DNA from: an uncultured Micavibrio sp.
Lineage (GTDB): Bacteria; Pseudomonadota; Alphaproteobacteria; Micavibrionales; Micavibrionaceae
Reading direction: 5' to 3'
DNA: 64,000 nt
Assembly: GCA_964445195.1 (NCBI GenBank)
Contig: CAYUKA010000004.1
Span: forward strand, 37,134-101,133
Below are positions 1 through 10,124 of the stretch, piece after piece; the first letter of the stretch is position 1; each line of letters starts with the position of its first letter. Below the pieces are notes generated by a model, which did no database searches, had not been told where the DNA came from, and worked only from the letters and a program-made list of their open reading frames with translations. A program made the position numbers and the translations under genes.

Positions 1-1655
1 ACCCGACGCTCCAGCAAATGGAAGACAGCGACCTCGATCTGGTTGTTGCCGGCACGCAGGAAGGCGTTCTGATGGTTGAATCAGAAGCGCAGGAACTGGA
101 CGAAGGCGTTATGCTCGATGCGGTTATGGAAGGATGGAAAGCCTTCCAGCCGGTTATCGGCGCAATTATCGACCTGGCCGAAATGTGTGCGAAAGAACCG
201 TGGGACGTTACCGAGACCCCGGCCGAGATCAAAGCCATGGCAGAAGAGCTTAAAGCCGGCTTCGCTGATGATGTGGCCAAAGCCTACACGATCAAGGACA
301 AGCTGGAGCGCCTGAACGCCGTCGGTGAAGCGCGCAAAGCCGCAATCGAGAAATTCCTCGACGAAGAAAAAGGATTGAACGAATCTGTCGTCACGTCCAA
401 ATTCAAGGAACTTGAATCCGACGTCGTCCGTGGCGATATCCTTAAAACCGGCAAGCGGATTGACGACCGCGATACGAAAACGGTCCGGCCGATCGTCGCC
501 GAAGTTGGCGTGTTGCCGCGCGCCCACGGCTCCGCCCTGTTTACCCGCGGCGAGACACAGGCACTGGTCGTCACGACACTGGGCACCGGCCAGGACGAGC
601 AGATCATTGACGCTCTTGCGGGCGAATACCGCGAGCGCTTCATGCTGCATTATAACTTCCCGCCCTACTCTGTCGGCGAAGCAGGCCGCATGGGCCCGCC
701 GGGCCGCCGCGAAGTCGGTCACGGCAAGCTCGCATGGCGCGCGATCCACCCGATGATGCCTGATGCCGAAGCGTTCCCGTACACGATGCGCGTTGTGTCG
801 GAGATTACAGAGTCCAACGGTTCAAGCTCCATGGCAACTGTCTGTGGCACCTCGCTGGCGCTGATGGATGCCGGTGTACCGCTGGCGAAACCGATTGCCG
901 GTATCGCCATGGGTCTGATCAAGGAAGGCGATGATTTCGCTGTCCTGTCCGATATTCTCGGCGATGAAGACCATCTCGGCGATATGGACTTCAAGGTTGC
1001 CGGTACGCAGGACGGTATCACCAGCCTGCAGATGGACATCAAGATTACTTCGATCACCGAGGAAATCATGAAGATCGCGCTGGACCAGGCCAAAGACGGC
1101 CGGATCCACATTCTCGGCGAAATGGCCAAGGCACTCGATACCGCCCGCGAAGAAACCAGTTCTTACGCGCCGCAAATCGTGACGCTGAAAATCCCGGTCG
1201 ACAAGATCCGTGATGTGATCGGCACGGGCGGCAAGGTCATCCGCGAGATCGTTGAAGAGACCGGCGCCAAGATCGACATTGATGATGACGGCACGGTCAA
1301 GGTCGCCGCCGTTAACCAGGAATCAATCGACCAGGCCGTTGACTGGATCAAGAGCCTGACTGAAGAGCCGGAGCTGAACGCTGTGTATACCGGCACCGTC
1401 GTTAAGGTCGTTGATTTCGGCTGCTTCGTAAACTTCATGGGCAGCCGCGACGGTCTTGTCCATATCTCGGAGCTTCAGGAAGCCCGCACCGCCAAAACTA
1501 CAGACGTTGTCAACGAAGGCGACGAGGTTAAGGTACAGGTTATCGGCTTTGACGAGCGCGGCAAGATCAAGCTGTCGATGAAGCGCGTCGACCAGGAAAC
1601 CGGCGAGCTTATCCCGCGCAAGGACAAAGGCGAGAAAAAAGAAGCCAACGGCTAG
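1..1655 (+). CDS. pnp: polyribonucleotide nucleotidyltransferase (PNPase), C-terminal ~550 aa; the 5' end lies outside the window
   Basis: ORF 18..1655 is open to the window edge. It shows the second RNase PH region, a KH motif ([15 protein letters not shown]) and an S1 motif ([23 protein letters not shown]). Confidence 0.95.
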   Translation, partial: PTLQQMEDSDLDLVVAGTQEGVLMVESEAQELDEGVMLDAVMEGWKAFQPVIGAIIDLAEMCAKEPWDVTETPAEIKAMAEELKAGFADDVAKAYTIKDKLERLNAVGEARKAAIEKFLDEEKGLNESVVTSKFKELESDVVRGDILKTGKRIDDRDTKTVRPIVAEVGVLPRAHGSALFTRGETQALVVTTLGTGQDEQIIDALAGEYRERFMLHYNFPPYSVGEAGRMGPPGRREVGHGKLAWRAIHPMMPDAEAFPYTMRVVSEITESNGSSSMATVCGTSLALMDAGVPLAKPIAGIAMGLIKEGDDFAVLSDILGDEDHLGDMDFKVAGTQDGITSLQMDIKITSITEEIMKIALDQAKDGRIHILGEMAKALDTAREETSSYAPQIVTLKIPVDKIRDVIGTGGKVIREIVEETGAKIDIDDDGTVKVAAVNQESIDQAVDWIKSLTEEPELNAVYTGTVVKVVDFGCFVNFMGSRDGLVHISELQEARTAKTTDVVNEGDEVKVQVIGFDERGKIKLSMKRVDQETGELIPRKDKGEKKEANG

Positions 1656-1677
1656 ACCTTAATATCCTGCAGATAAC

Positions 1678-1712
1678 AAAAAGCCCGGCTGTTCATTCCT
1701 GCCGGGCTTTTT
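1678..1712. terminator. bidirectional rho-independent terminator between convergent genes
   Basis: aaaaAGCCCGGC-tgttcattcct-GCCGGGCTtttt. The 8-bp GC stem (1682..1689 / 1701..1708) is flanked by an A-run and a T-run. Confidence 0.65.
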
Positions 1713-1718
1713 ATATGC

Positions 1719-2642
1719 CTACCTGTTAAAAGCCACAGGCGCCAAAGGCAGCGCGCGGTAATCGGCCTCGTAATGGATCTTACCCAGATCATCAAAATGC
1801 CCGTCGGGTATTGTCCGGTTCCGCACCGGCGGCGGCTCCTCATCATCTCTTAATATATCGCTCATGCTTATAGCCCATGTATAATCACTCGCCAGTTCGC
1901 CCTCATCTATTAAAAGCTGGTAGATTTGACGCGCCGCCTGCCCGGACTCCGTCCACTCCGGATGGTGAGTTTGTATGACTTCCATCAAGCCCGCTGCAAC
2001 TTTCAGATCGCCTCTTGTTTCGGCAAACTGGCTCAAACAATTAAATGCGTCCTGATAAGGCACACTGGCATATAAAGGATCGGTCAATTGCGATGAAGCG
2101 GTGACCTGAATGGCATGGGCATCCAGTTCCAGTTCGATCTGGTAAGCAATTTCGTCTTCTATTACCAGATTACTCAGAGAGATATAACCACGGAAATATT
2201 GTTCCGCGTGATGCAGCTCCTGGTAATTCAATGAAACAAGGCAGCCCATGCTATGTTTTTCATTAAAAACCATGGTGTTTTCTGCCATATAAAAAGCAGC
2301 ATCCAATAATCCGTTTGAAAACCCGTTTTCTTCAGGGTTTATGATGCAGACCGTTACATTATTCTCCATACCTGTCTGCACCAGGCTCTGGCCGAGAGGC
2401 GTCCTGCCAGCGATTGCAAACAGGTCTTTAATTCTCTCGCTGCGTTGATTGTCAACGCTGCCGAGTTGTTGCAAAGGCACGCAATGATCATGGGCATACG
2501 GCACAAGCGCAATGACACCATCATTCAAAACGGGAATATGACTATTTTCCGTACCGGGCATAGTGTCATCACCCGCCGGTAACGCCACCAGCGAGGCAGC
2601 TATGCATAAAGTGCCCAAATATCTCATATAATCGTGCTTCAC
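1719..2642 (-). CDS. hypothetical exported protein (start GTG 2642 or ATG 2627)
   Basis: Long ORF with a signal-peptide-like N-terminus (MRYLGTLCIAASLVALPAG). No recognisable family motif. The gene body is more AT-rich than its neighbours. Confidence 0.55.
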   Translation of the reverse strand: MKHDYMRYLGTLCIAASLVALPAGDDTMPGTENSHIPVLNDGVIALVPYAHDHCVPLQQLGSVDNQRSERIKDLFAIAGRTPLGQSLVQTGMENNVTVCIINPEENGFSNGLLDAAFYMAENTMVFNEKHSMGCLVSLNYQELHHAEQYFRGYISLSNLVIEDEIAYQIELELDAHAIQVTASSQLTDPLYASVPYQDAFNCLSQFAETRGDLKVAAGLMEVIQTHHPEWTESGQAARQIYQLLIDEGELASDYTWAISMSDILRDDEEPPPVRNRTIPDGHFDDLGKIHYEADYRALPLAPVAFNR

Positions 2643-2763
2643 GTTTTTTATAATCCAGATTAAGCGTTATGTAATATCATAGGGTTGCAAAAAATGCAAA
2701 AACCAGCACCACCACCGCAATTCTCTATACCTTGTCTGGAAGACATGATAGGAAACAAGAATT

Positions 2764-3522
2764 ATGAGTTTAAAACTTCCCCAGATTATCGGCCATCGCG
2801 GCGCCTGCGCTTACGCGCCGGAAAATACTATTGAGTCGATCCAGACTGCTGCTGAAATGGGTGTGGAATGGGTCGAGCTTGACGTGAAACTGACACAGGA
2901 CAGCGTCCCGATCATCTTCCACGACGAGACGCTCGACCGCACCACCAACGGCCACGGCCCGGTCGCCCAGACGCTTTATGACGATATCAGGCAGCTTGAG
3001 GCCGGCAGCTGGTTTGCCGACAGCTTTACCGGCGCAGCTGTGCCGACACTGGAAGAGGCCTGTGAAGCCCTGATTGACCTTAATATGGGCCTGAACCTTG
3101 AAATCAAACCCTGCCCAGGCCGGGAGAAGGAAACCGCCGAAGTCGCCCTCGACTACCTGTCACGCATCTGGGACGATCACGACCGCCTGCTGATTTCCAG
3201 CTTCCAGCATGTCAGTCTGGAAACGGCACTGGACATTGCCGCCGACTGGCACCGCGGCCTTTTGCTTGGGGGCGATACACCGGACGATATGCCGGAGAAC
3301 TGGAAAGATCTGGTTGATTACCTTGAATGCGCTACGATCAATCTTGGCACCCGCCTCGTCACACGCGAAATCATTGAGGATATTATTGATTACGAGAAAG
3401 CCGTACTCGTCTACACGGTCAACGACCCTGCCGAGGCGCGCACATTACAAAGCTGGGGTGTGGATACGGTCTTTACCGATTCTCCGGACGTTATCCGCGA
3501 AAACCTGCTGTCGGTACATTAA
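2764..3522 (+). CDS. glycerophosphodiester phosphodiesterase (GDPD family)
   Basis: N-terminal IIGHRGACAYAPENT...WVELDVKLTQDSVPIIFHDETLDRTTNG is the typical GDPD catalytic region. Confidence 0.9.
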   Translation: MSLKLPQIIGHRGACAYAPENTIESIQTAAEMGVEWVELDVKLTQDSVPIIFHDETLDRTTNGHGPVAQTLYDDIRQLEAGSWFADSFTGAAVPTLEEACEALIDLNMGLNLEIKPCPGREKETAEVALDYLSRIWDDHDRLLISSFQHVSLETALDIAADWHRGLLLGGDTPDDMPENWKDLVDYLECATINLGTRLVTREIIEDIIDYEKAVLVYTVNDPAEARTLQSWGVDTVFTDSPDVIRENLLSVH

Positions 3523-3559
3523 ATAAAAAAAGCCCTGAAAAAACAAAGCGGGTGCATTT

Positions 3560-4375
3560 TTAAGGCGCATCTGCAGCCGCCTGCAGATTCTCGTGCGGCG
3601 GCATGCCAATCGCATTGAACCCGCAATCAACATAGTGGATTTCGCCGGTCACCGCCGATGACATGCCGGACAGTAGATAAAGCCCGGCCTGGCCTAATTC
3701 CTCCAGGCCGACATTACGACGCAGGGGTGCCGTCGCGCCATTATATTTGAAGGTCTGGCGGGCATTGCCGATCGCTGAACCGGCCAGCGTCCGCATCGGG
3801 CCGGCCGAAATCGCATTGACCCTGATATCACCCGGCCCCAAATCAGCGGCCAGATAGCGTACAGAGGCCTCCAGTGCCGCTTTGGCTACACCCATAACAT
3901 TGTAGTTCGGCATCACCTTTTCAGCACCGTAATAGCTCAGCGTCAGTGCCGTGCCGCCGTCTTTCATCAATCCGGCCGCGCGGCGCATGACGGAGGTGAA
4001 GGAATAACAGGAAATATGCATCGACATCAGGAAGTTATCGAGACTGGTATCGACATAACGCCCCTTCAGTTCCTCCTTATCGGAATAAGCCACGGCGTGA
4101 ACCAGAAAATCCAGCCCGCTCCACTCTTTTTCCAGTGTTTCGAAAACACTGTCGATTTCACTTTCCTGCTGCACATCACAGGGCAAGACCAACGTGCTGC
4201 CGGTGCTTTCCGCCAAGGGTTTCACACGCTTCAGAATCTGATCGCCCTGATAGGTATAGGCAAGCTGCGCCCCGGCCTTATGCAGCGCATCGGCAATGCC
4301 CCAGGCGATTGAGTGGTCGTTCGCCACCCCCATAATGAGGCCTTTTTTACCGTTCATCAGACTCGTGCTCGCCAT
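3560..4375 (-). CDS. fabI: enoyl-ACP reductase (NADH), FabI
   Basis: GKKGLIMGVANDHSIAWGIA dinucleotide fold and an SDR-type FabI layout. It sits next to fabB and fabA. Confidence 0.9.
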   Translation of the reverse strand: MASTSLMNGKKGLIMGVANDHSIAWGIADALHKAGAQLAYTYQGDQILKRVKPLAESTGSTLVLPCDVQQESEIDSVFETLEKEWSGLDFLVHAVAYSDKEELKGRYVDTSLDNFLMSMHISCYSFTSVMRRAAGLMKDGGTALTLSYYGAEKVMPNYNVMGVAKAALEASVRYLAADLGPGDIRVNAISAGPMRTLAGSAIGNARQTFKYNGATAPLRRNVGLEELGQAGLYLLSGMSSAVTGEIHYVDCGFNAIGMPPHENLQAAADAP

Positions 4376-4380
4376 CGCTA

Positions 4381-5628
4381 TCAGCCCTCATACCTTGAAA
4401 ACGCCAGCGAGCAATTGGTACCGCCAAAACCGAACGAGTTCGACAGCATCGTGTCATGATCAACATCATCAATTGTCTCGCGCGCGATCGGCATGTTGCC
4501 CGCGCCTTCATCCAGCGCTTCGATATTGATACTCGGCGCGACAAAGCGTTCTTTCATCATCAGCAGGCTGTAAATCGCTTCCTGCACACCCGTGCCACCA
4601 AGGGAATGGCCGGTCATCGACTTGGTCGCGCTGATATAGGGCATGTCTTTCTCTTCGCGATCAACAAAAACCTCGCGGATGGCATCCAGTTCGGTGATAT
4701 CGCCAACCGGCGTGCTGGTACCATGCGTATTGATATACGTCACCGGCTTCTCCACCGTGGCCAAAGCCTGCTGCATGCAGCGCACGGCACCCTCACCGCT
4801 TGGCGCAACCATATCGGCACCGTCCGAGGTTGCGCCGTAACCGGTCAGTTCGGCATAAATCTTCGCGCCGCGGGCCTTGGCATGTTCCAGTTCTTCCAGA
4901 ACCAGAACGCCGCCGCCGCCGGCAATCACAAAACCGTCGCGATCCTTGTCATAGGCGCGGGCAGCCCGCTCCGGCGTATCATTATATTTGCTGGACATCG
5001 CGCCCATCGCATCAAACAGAACAGACAAGGCCCAGTCCAGTTCTTCGCCGCCGCCGGCAAACATAACGTCCTGCTTGCCCCACTGGATCATCTCGGCCGC
5101 ATTGCCGATACAATGCGCAGAGGTCGAACAGGCTGAGGAAATCGAATAGTTTACGCCCTTAATCTTGAAATTAGTGGCAATATTCGCGGAATTCGTACTG
5201 CTCATGCATTTCGGGACAGCGAACGGCCCTACCCGTTTCGGCCCTTTTTCGCGGGTAATGTCAGCCGCCGCGACCTGCGCCTTGGTCGACGGGCCGCCGG
5301 AACCCATAACGATGCCCGTGCGCTCATGGCTGATTTCGCTGTCTTCAAGACCTGCATCGGCGATAGCCTGCTCCATCGCTATATGGTTATAAGCCGCGCC
5401 ATCTCCCATAAAGCGCAGCATACGCTTGTCGATGTGGTCCTCCAGAACAATATCAGGCCGGCCATAGACCTGGCTGCGGAAGCCCATTTCCGCATATTCA
5501 GGCGCAAAGGAAATGCCCGACTTTCCGGCTTTCAGAGAGTGCAGAACTTCCTGCACCGTATTACCGATACAGGACACAATCCCCATGCCGGTGACAACAA
5601 CACGCCGTAATTGCGGAACATTTCCCAT
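4381..5628 (-). CDS. fabB: beta-ketoacyl-ACP synthase I
   Basis: [27 protein letters not shown] resembles the E. coli FabB N-terminus. Active-site SSACSTS is present, as are the HGTSTP and FGFGGTN motifs. Confidence 0.9.
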   Translation of the reverse strand: MGNVPQLRRVVVTGMGIVSCIGNTVQEVLHSLKAGKSGISFAPEYAEMGFRSQVYGRPDIVLEDHIDKRMLRFMGDGAAYNHIAMEQAIADAGLEDSEISHERTGIVMGSGGPSTKAQVAAADITREKGPKRVGPFAVPKCMSSTNSANIATNFKIKGVNYSISSACSTSAHCIGNAAEMIQWGKQDVMFAGGGEELDWALSVLFDAMGAMSSKYNDTPERAARAYDKDRDGFVIAGGGGVLVLEELEHAKARGAKIYAELTGYGATSDGADMVAPSGEGAVRCMQQALATVEKPVTYINTHGTSTPVGDITELDAIREVFVDREEKDMPYISATKSMTGHSLGGTGVQEAIYSLLMMKERFVAPSINIEALDEGAGNMPIARETIDDVDHDTMLSNSFGFGGTNCSLAFSRYEG

Positions 5629-5655
5629 GTCTGCCCAGCCTCTTTTTCTTAGGAC

Positions 5656-6207
5656 CTAAAGCGCGCGCGGATTATCGAACAGGCCGACCTTAAGATCCTT
5701 GGCCTCATAGATTTTTTCACCGTCAGCGTACATTGTGCCATCGCCAAGGCCCAGCACCAGCTTACGATTAATCACACGCTTGATATCAACGACATATTTG
5801 ACCAGTTTAACGTCCGGCAGGACCTGTCCGGTCAGCTTTAACTCGCCAAGCCCCAGCGCCCGGCCCGAACCCGGCGCGCCGGTCCAGCCCAGATAAAAGC
5901 CCAGCAGTTGCCACAACGCATCCAGCCCGAGGCAACCCGGCATCACCGGATCGCTTTCAAAGTGACATTCGAAAAACCACAGATCGGGTTTGATATCGAA
6001 CTCAGCCTCAATCAGCCCCTTATCATAGGCACCGCCCTCTTCCGCAACATTTGTAATGCGGTCGAACATAAGCATCGGCGGTAACGGTAAACGCGCATTA
6101 CCGGGGCCAAATAGCTCACCGTGCCCACAAGCAATAATATCCTCATAGGCATAGCTGGATTTTTTTTCGTGACTCATAGTGGTATTTAAAGCTGCCTGTG
6201 CTGTCAT
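5656..6207 (-). CDS. fabA: 3-hydroxydecanoyl-ACP dehydratase/isomerase
   Basis: [34 protein letters not shown] is nearly identical to the canonical FabA active-site block. Confidence 0.95.
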   Translation of the reverse strand: MTAQAALNTTMSHEKKSSYAYEDIIACGHGELFGPGNARLPLPPMLMFDRITNVAEEGGAYDKGLIEAEFDIKPDLWFFECHFESDPVMPGCLGLDALWQLLGFYLGWTGAPGSGRALGLGELKLTGQVLPDVKLVKYVVDIKRVINRKLVLGLGDGTMYADGEKIYEAKDLKVGLFDNPRAL

Positions 6208-6237
6208 GACACCCCCTTATACGCCTTTAAAAACGGC

Positions 6238-7206
6238 CTAGCAAGAGAGGATTGCCTCATTCGTACACACAGACTTATAGGTATCGGTCATGGCCGCCAT
6301 CGCCAGCGGCTTGGCAATCACCGGCTCGATTTCCGGCACTTCACCGCCGGCCGCAACCGCCAGCATCCGCCCCGCCGCCTTAGCGCAGGCAACCGCCTGA
6401 TCGCAGTGATCTTCAAGCTTAATCGCCACAAAAAACCGGCGGCAAATCGGCGACAGGCTGTTGATTAACTCATAAGGCGCATTCACATGACAGTCATTCG
6501 CCGCCAACCCGAAACGCCAGTCGGTGCCGGCCGGAATCCCGAGGCGCACAGCTTCCTGCGTCATCACATAGGCCACCTGGTCGAGCTTGTCAGGCAGTGA
6601 CGGGGCCGCAAATAATTCACAAGCATTATGTGACAAGGCCAGTGACCGACCCGCACAGGCGCTCAATCCGCTGACACACTCACCCAGCGACCATGATTCA
6701 TCGCCGATTTTCTGGTCGATCACAATATCGCACAGCTCCTGCGCAGCGATTTCATAGGCCAGACAGCGGTTGGTACACTCGATAAACACTCTGAAAACCT
6801 CGCCGCGCGGCTGGCCGGCGCGCTCAAGACGCAAAAACACATTCTGCGTGACAAACAAAACCAGCTCATGGAACTCGTAAGCGCAGTCCAGCCAGTCTTC
6901 AAACAGGCATTTGGCCACGGTCCGCCCCTGCTCTGTCTCATAGTCGATAACATAAGGCGGCGGTAACACACCCGCGGCCAACGCCCCAAAATGAGGCTCG
7001 GTGCCCAGCATACAGGCAAGCCGGTCATAGCTGGCCATCAGCACCTGATCCGGCTCGTCGAATAACAGGCAGGTTTCGGTCATGATACCGGCCAGCAGCT
7101 GGAGCAATTTCATACCGTCAATATCATGCTCCGCCAACATGGCATGAGACATCAGATGACGATGGATGTGGGCCGCAAAATCGGCCTTGTCGACAAGAAT
7201 AGACAT
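6238..7206 (-). CDS. hypothetical Cys-rich cytoplasmic protein (322 aa from ATG 7206; the ORF extends to TTG 7278)
   Basis: Long ORF with no signal peptide and many Cys residues. No family motif recognised. Confidence 0.5.
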   Translation of the reverse strand: MSILVDKADFAAHIHRHLMSHAMLAEHDIDGMKLLQLLAGIMTETCLLFDEPDQVLMASYDRLACMLGTEPHFGALAAGVLPPPYVIDYETEQGRTVAKCLFEDWLDCAYEFHELVLFVTQNVFLRLERAGQPRGEVFRVFIECTNRCLAYEIAAQELCDIVIDQKIGDESWSLGECVSGLSACAGRSLALSHNACELFAAPSLPDKLDQVAYVMTQEAVRLGIPAGTDWRFGLAANDCHVNAPYELINSLSPICRRFFVAIKLEDHCDQAVACAKAAGRMLAVAAGGEVPEIEPVIAKPLAMAAMTDTYKSVCTNEAILSC

Positions 7207-7297
7207 ATAAGAATCCGAACGAAACCGGAACGGGGGATAAGTAAAAGGAGTGGATAAATCTGTGGAAAAAGGGCGCAACCGCCCTTACCTGTTCAGA

Positions 7298-7825
7298 CTA
7301 ATTCAAAAATTCGTCTTCGTAAATGCCCCAAAGGAATTTTCTTTCGACCCAGCCGCGATAACCGCCGGCGTCGATGCGGCACCATGCGCCGCTGCATTTC
7401 TCAACCCCGGCGACAACCAGAGGCTCCAGCCGGGCGGTCAGACGCGCTTCATCATGGCCGCGCTCGCGCATCGGCACAAGTTCCAGCGCCCCGTCCTGTA
7501 TAAGGACGCGCCTTTCACCGGACAGCAAAGACTGATGAATCCAGCCCTCCTCGCCGTCAACGCCGCGCACACGGCGCCAGTTCTCAAATTCCTGCACGAT
7601 TTCGACCGGCATGCCGTCACGACGGTAAATCCACTTGATCGGGTAGCGGAGCGCCGGACCGGAGCGGACATACACCTTATCCGACCGCAACGACACAAAA
7701 CGCGGCAGCGGCAGCCCCGTGCTGCGGAACCCCTGCACTGCCGCATCGTCTGCAGCAGCCGTTAAAGGCTGGGCACACAACACAGCGACAGAGAAAACAA
7801 ATAGTGATAACAAACGGAGCAGCAT
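7298..7825 (-). CDS. exported bacterial SH3-like domain protein (DUF1058-type)
   Basis: Signal peptide, then LPLPRFVSLRSDKVYVRSGP..YPIKWIY..GMPVEIV.EFENWRRV.D.EG.EGWIHQSLLSG and a second GWV block. Confidence 0.7.
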   Translation of the reverse strand: MLLRLLSLFVFSVAVLCAQPLTAAADDAAVQGFRSTGLPLPRFVSLRSDKVYVRSGPALRYPIKWIYRRDGMPVEIVQEFENWRRVRGVDGEEGWIHQSLLSGERRVLIQDGALELVPMRERGHDEARLTARLEPLVVAGVEKCSGAWCRIDAGGYRGWVERKFLWGIYEDEFLN

Positions 7826-7917
7826 GGAAAACTGGACTTTTTGGTTCTTGTTTAGGCATTATAGCGCTCTTTGTTATGAGAATAAAGAGTCTGGAAGACA
7901 AGAGCCACCAAAAGATT

Positions 7918-8889
7918 ATGCACAGCCAAACGACAGATATACAGCCTTACATCGCCGTCGCGCCGATGATGGACTGGACGGACAGGCACTGCCGCTATTT
8001 CCACCGGCTGCTCAGCCCGCATGTCAGGCTGTTTACCGAAATGGTGACAACCGGCGCGCTGATCCACGGCGACCGCGACCGTTTCCTGCGCTTTGACGAG
8101 GCGGAACACCCGGTCGCGCTGCAGCTGGGTGGTTCCGATCCGGCCGCCCTCGCCGCCTGCGCGAAGATGGGCGAGGATTACGGTTATGACGAGATTAACC
8201 TGAATTGCGGCTGTCCCAGCGACCGCGTACAGAATGGCCGCTTCGGCGCCTGCCTGATGAAAGAGCCGGCGCTGGTCGCCGATTGCGTCGCGGCCATGAT
8301 TGGTGCCGTCGCCACCCCCGTAACCGTCAAGTGCCGCATCGCCATTGATCATGAAGATGAATTTTCTTTTTTAAACAGCTTTATAGATCATATATCTAAA
8401 GCAGGATGTAAGAGTTTTATTGTTCATGCCCGCAAAGCCTGGCTCAAGGGCCTCAGCCCCAAAGAAAACCGGGAAGTCCCGCCACTGCGATATGATATTG
8501 TTAATAATATCAAACAGAAACATAATAATCTTCATATCATTTTAAACGGTGGTATTCAGGAAATTGATAATATTCAAAAATATCTCAAAATATTTGACGG
8601 CGTCATGATCGGCCGTGCCGCCTATCAAAACCCATACCTGTTGGCTAATATCGAACGTACGATCTATAAAAGCGGTAACATACTACCGCGTGAAGCCGTC
8701 GCGGAAGCGATGATCCCCTATATCGAGCGGCAGGCTGCCCAATACGGCACCCCGGCCAAGTCAATCACCCGGCATATGATTGGCCTGTTTCACGGCCAGC
8801 CCGGCGGCCGCAAATGGCGGCGGGCGTTGAGCGAACAACGCGCCGTTAAAGAAGCACTGTCTTTCGTGGAACACAGGCAAGCCGCTTAA
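7918..8889 (+). CDS. dusA: tRNA dihydrouridine synthase A
   Basis: YIAVAPMMDWTDRHCRYFHR, LNCGCP, and IVHARKAWLKGLSPKENREVPPLRY match DusA. I prefer ATG 7918 over the 38-codon extension at 7804. Confidence 0.9.
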   Translation: MHSQTTDIQPYIAVAPMMDWTDRHCRYFHRLLSPHVRLFTEMVTTGALIHGDRDRFLRFDEAEHPVALQLGGSDPAALAACAKMGEDYGYDEINLNCGCPSDRVQNGRFGACLMKEPALVADCVAAMIGAVATPVTVKCRIAIDHEDEFSFLNSFIDHISKAGCKSFIVHARKAWLKGLSPKENREVPPLRYDIVNNIKQKHNNLHIILNGGIQEIDNIQKYLKIFDGVMIGRAAYQNPYLLANIERTIYKSGNILPREAVAEAMIPYIERQAAQYGTPAKSITRHMIGLFHGQPGGRKWRRALSEQRAVKEALSFVEHRQAA

Positions 8890-10115
8890 AAGCCGACTGC
8901 AGGCCCTCCGGCGGCTTTTCTGGCAGCGACTTCTGCGTCCAAAGCCTGCCAGTCCAGATCAAGTGTCTGATCCTGCGCGACAATCCGCTCTACCATCAGG
9001 CGCAACACATCGCCGGGCTTAACGTTGTTGGCTGCAGTGCCTTCACCCAGACCGCTGGCTTGTGCAACAGCATCGGTATACAGCTGGACCATGCCCTTAT
9101 CGTCAAGGCCGTAATAATCCCGGACAACATCCCACGGATTATCGCCGGACCGGACTCTATAGGAAATCGCCCCTGCCGGCAGTTCATCTGTTGCCAGATC
9201 GGACCGGCGGTCATAATAATTATGGAGCTCAAGGAGCCTTTGATAAAAAGCCTCTTCATCCACACCGCGTGCCGCAAGTTCCTCAGCCATGTAAACCGGA
9301 ATCTCGATATTATAGTCATTGGCATGTGTCATATCGAAATAATGATCGGGCTTTTCCTCCGACACCGGCTGCTGGATATCCTGGTAAAGCAGTTTAACGG
9401 TTTGGTAAATCTGATTGCTGTCGCCATGACGCAACAGCTTTTCATCAGCCTCGCCCCTGTCGATACGGTCAAATAAATCCAGTATATACGCTACATTCGC
9501 GCGGGCTGCGTTACGCCGAATGTCGCGTAAATGCTCTATGGTCAGCGGTGGGCGCTGGAAAGCCGGATCATCCGGAAATCGCGCGGCCGCTTCCGCCATC
9601 TGTTTGTTGGCGTCCGCCAGGTCGTGATCACCTATTCTAAGGCGTTGGTTGGCAAACTGCGGATCTTGTTCATCGGCAGCGCTCAAAATCCGGGCATAAG
9701 CATATTCGACCCGGCTACTGAAAGCTTCATATTGAAGCGTTTCATACCGCGCGTCATCCAGACCAATGGCCGCCGCAAATTGATCCTGCGTCATACCGGT
9801 ATTGTCCGCCAACAACCTTATAACAAATATAAAGTTGGATGCGTCAAACCCTTCCAGATCAAGACTATGTTTTGCGACGTAGTCAGTCATGACGGCTATA
9901 GCCGCCTCTTTGTAACCGGGGTGGCCTTCCGGCGGAATTTTCACCTCGTAGGAGCGGCCGTTCTCATCCTTTAATTCGATAAAGGCAAATCCTTCTTGGC
10001 CGCCGCCTGACTGAGCCCCCAGACCAAATGCATTGGCCGCCGCCGGCATCATTGCGGCGGCTGCCAGCATGGCACTACCGGCAAATAATCTGCGTGTTTG
10101 TGTTGTTAAGCTCAT
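8886..10115 (-). CDS. exported protein with a C-terminal LysM-like segment; paralogue of 10125..11147
   Basis: AGGAG SD and a signal peptide (AMLAAAAMMPAAANA). The C-terminus YRVRSGDNPWDVVRDYYG...VKPGDVLRL is LysM-like. Confidence 0.7.
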   Translation of the reverse strand: MSLTTQTRRLFAGSAMLAAAAMMPAAANAFGLGAQSGGGQEGFAFIELKDENGRSYEVKIPPEGHPGYKEAAIAVMTDYVAKHSLDLEGFDASNFIFVIRLLADNTGMTQDQFAAAIGLDDARYETLQYEAFSSRVEYAYARILSAADEQDPQFANQRLRIGDHDLADANKQMAEAAARFPDDPAFQRPPLTIEHLRDIRRNAARANVAYILDLFDRIDRGEADEKLLRHGDSNQIYQTVKLLYQDIQQPVSEEKPDHYFDMTHANDYNIEIPVYMAEELAARGVDEEAFYQRLLELHNYYDRRSDLATDELPAGAISYRVRSGDNPWDVVRDYYGLDDKGMVQLYTDAVAQASGLGEGTAANNVKPGDVLRLMVERIVAQDQTLDLDWQALDAEVAARKAAGGPAVGF

Positions 10116-10124
10116 AGCTATCTC

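Noticed and set aside
7804-7917. N-terminal extensions offered by the ORF track (dusA 7804, 11259, ruvX 37164, 39080, 44998, 48769, Mur ligase 60746)
   Set aside because: In each case an internal ATG with a better SD or with the family-typical N-terminus exists. The extension starts at a non-ATG codon or overlaps a promoter or a neighbouring gene.
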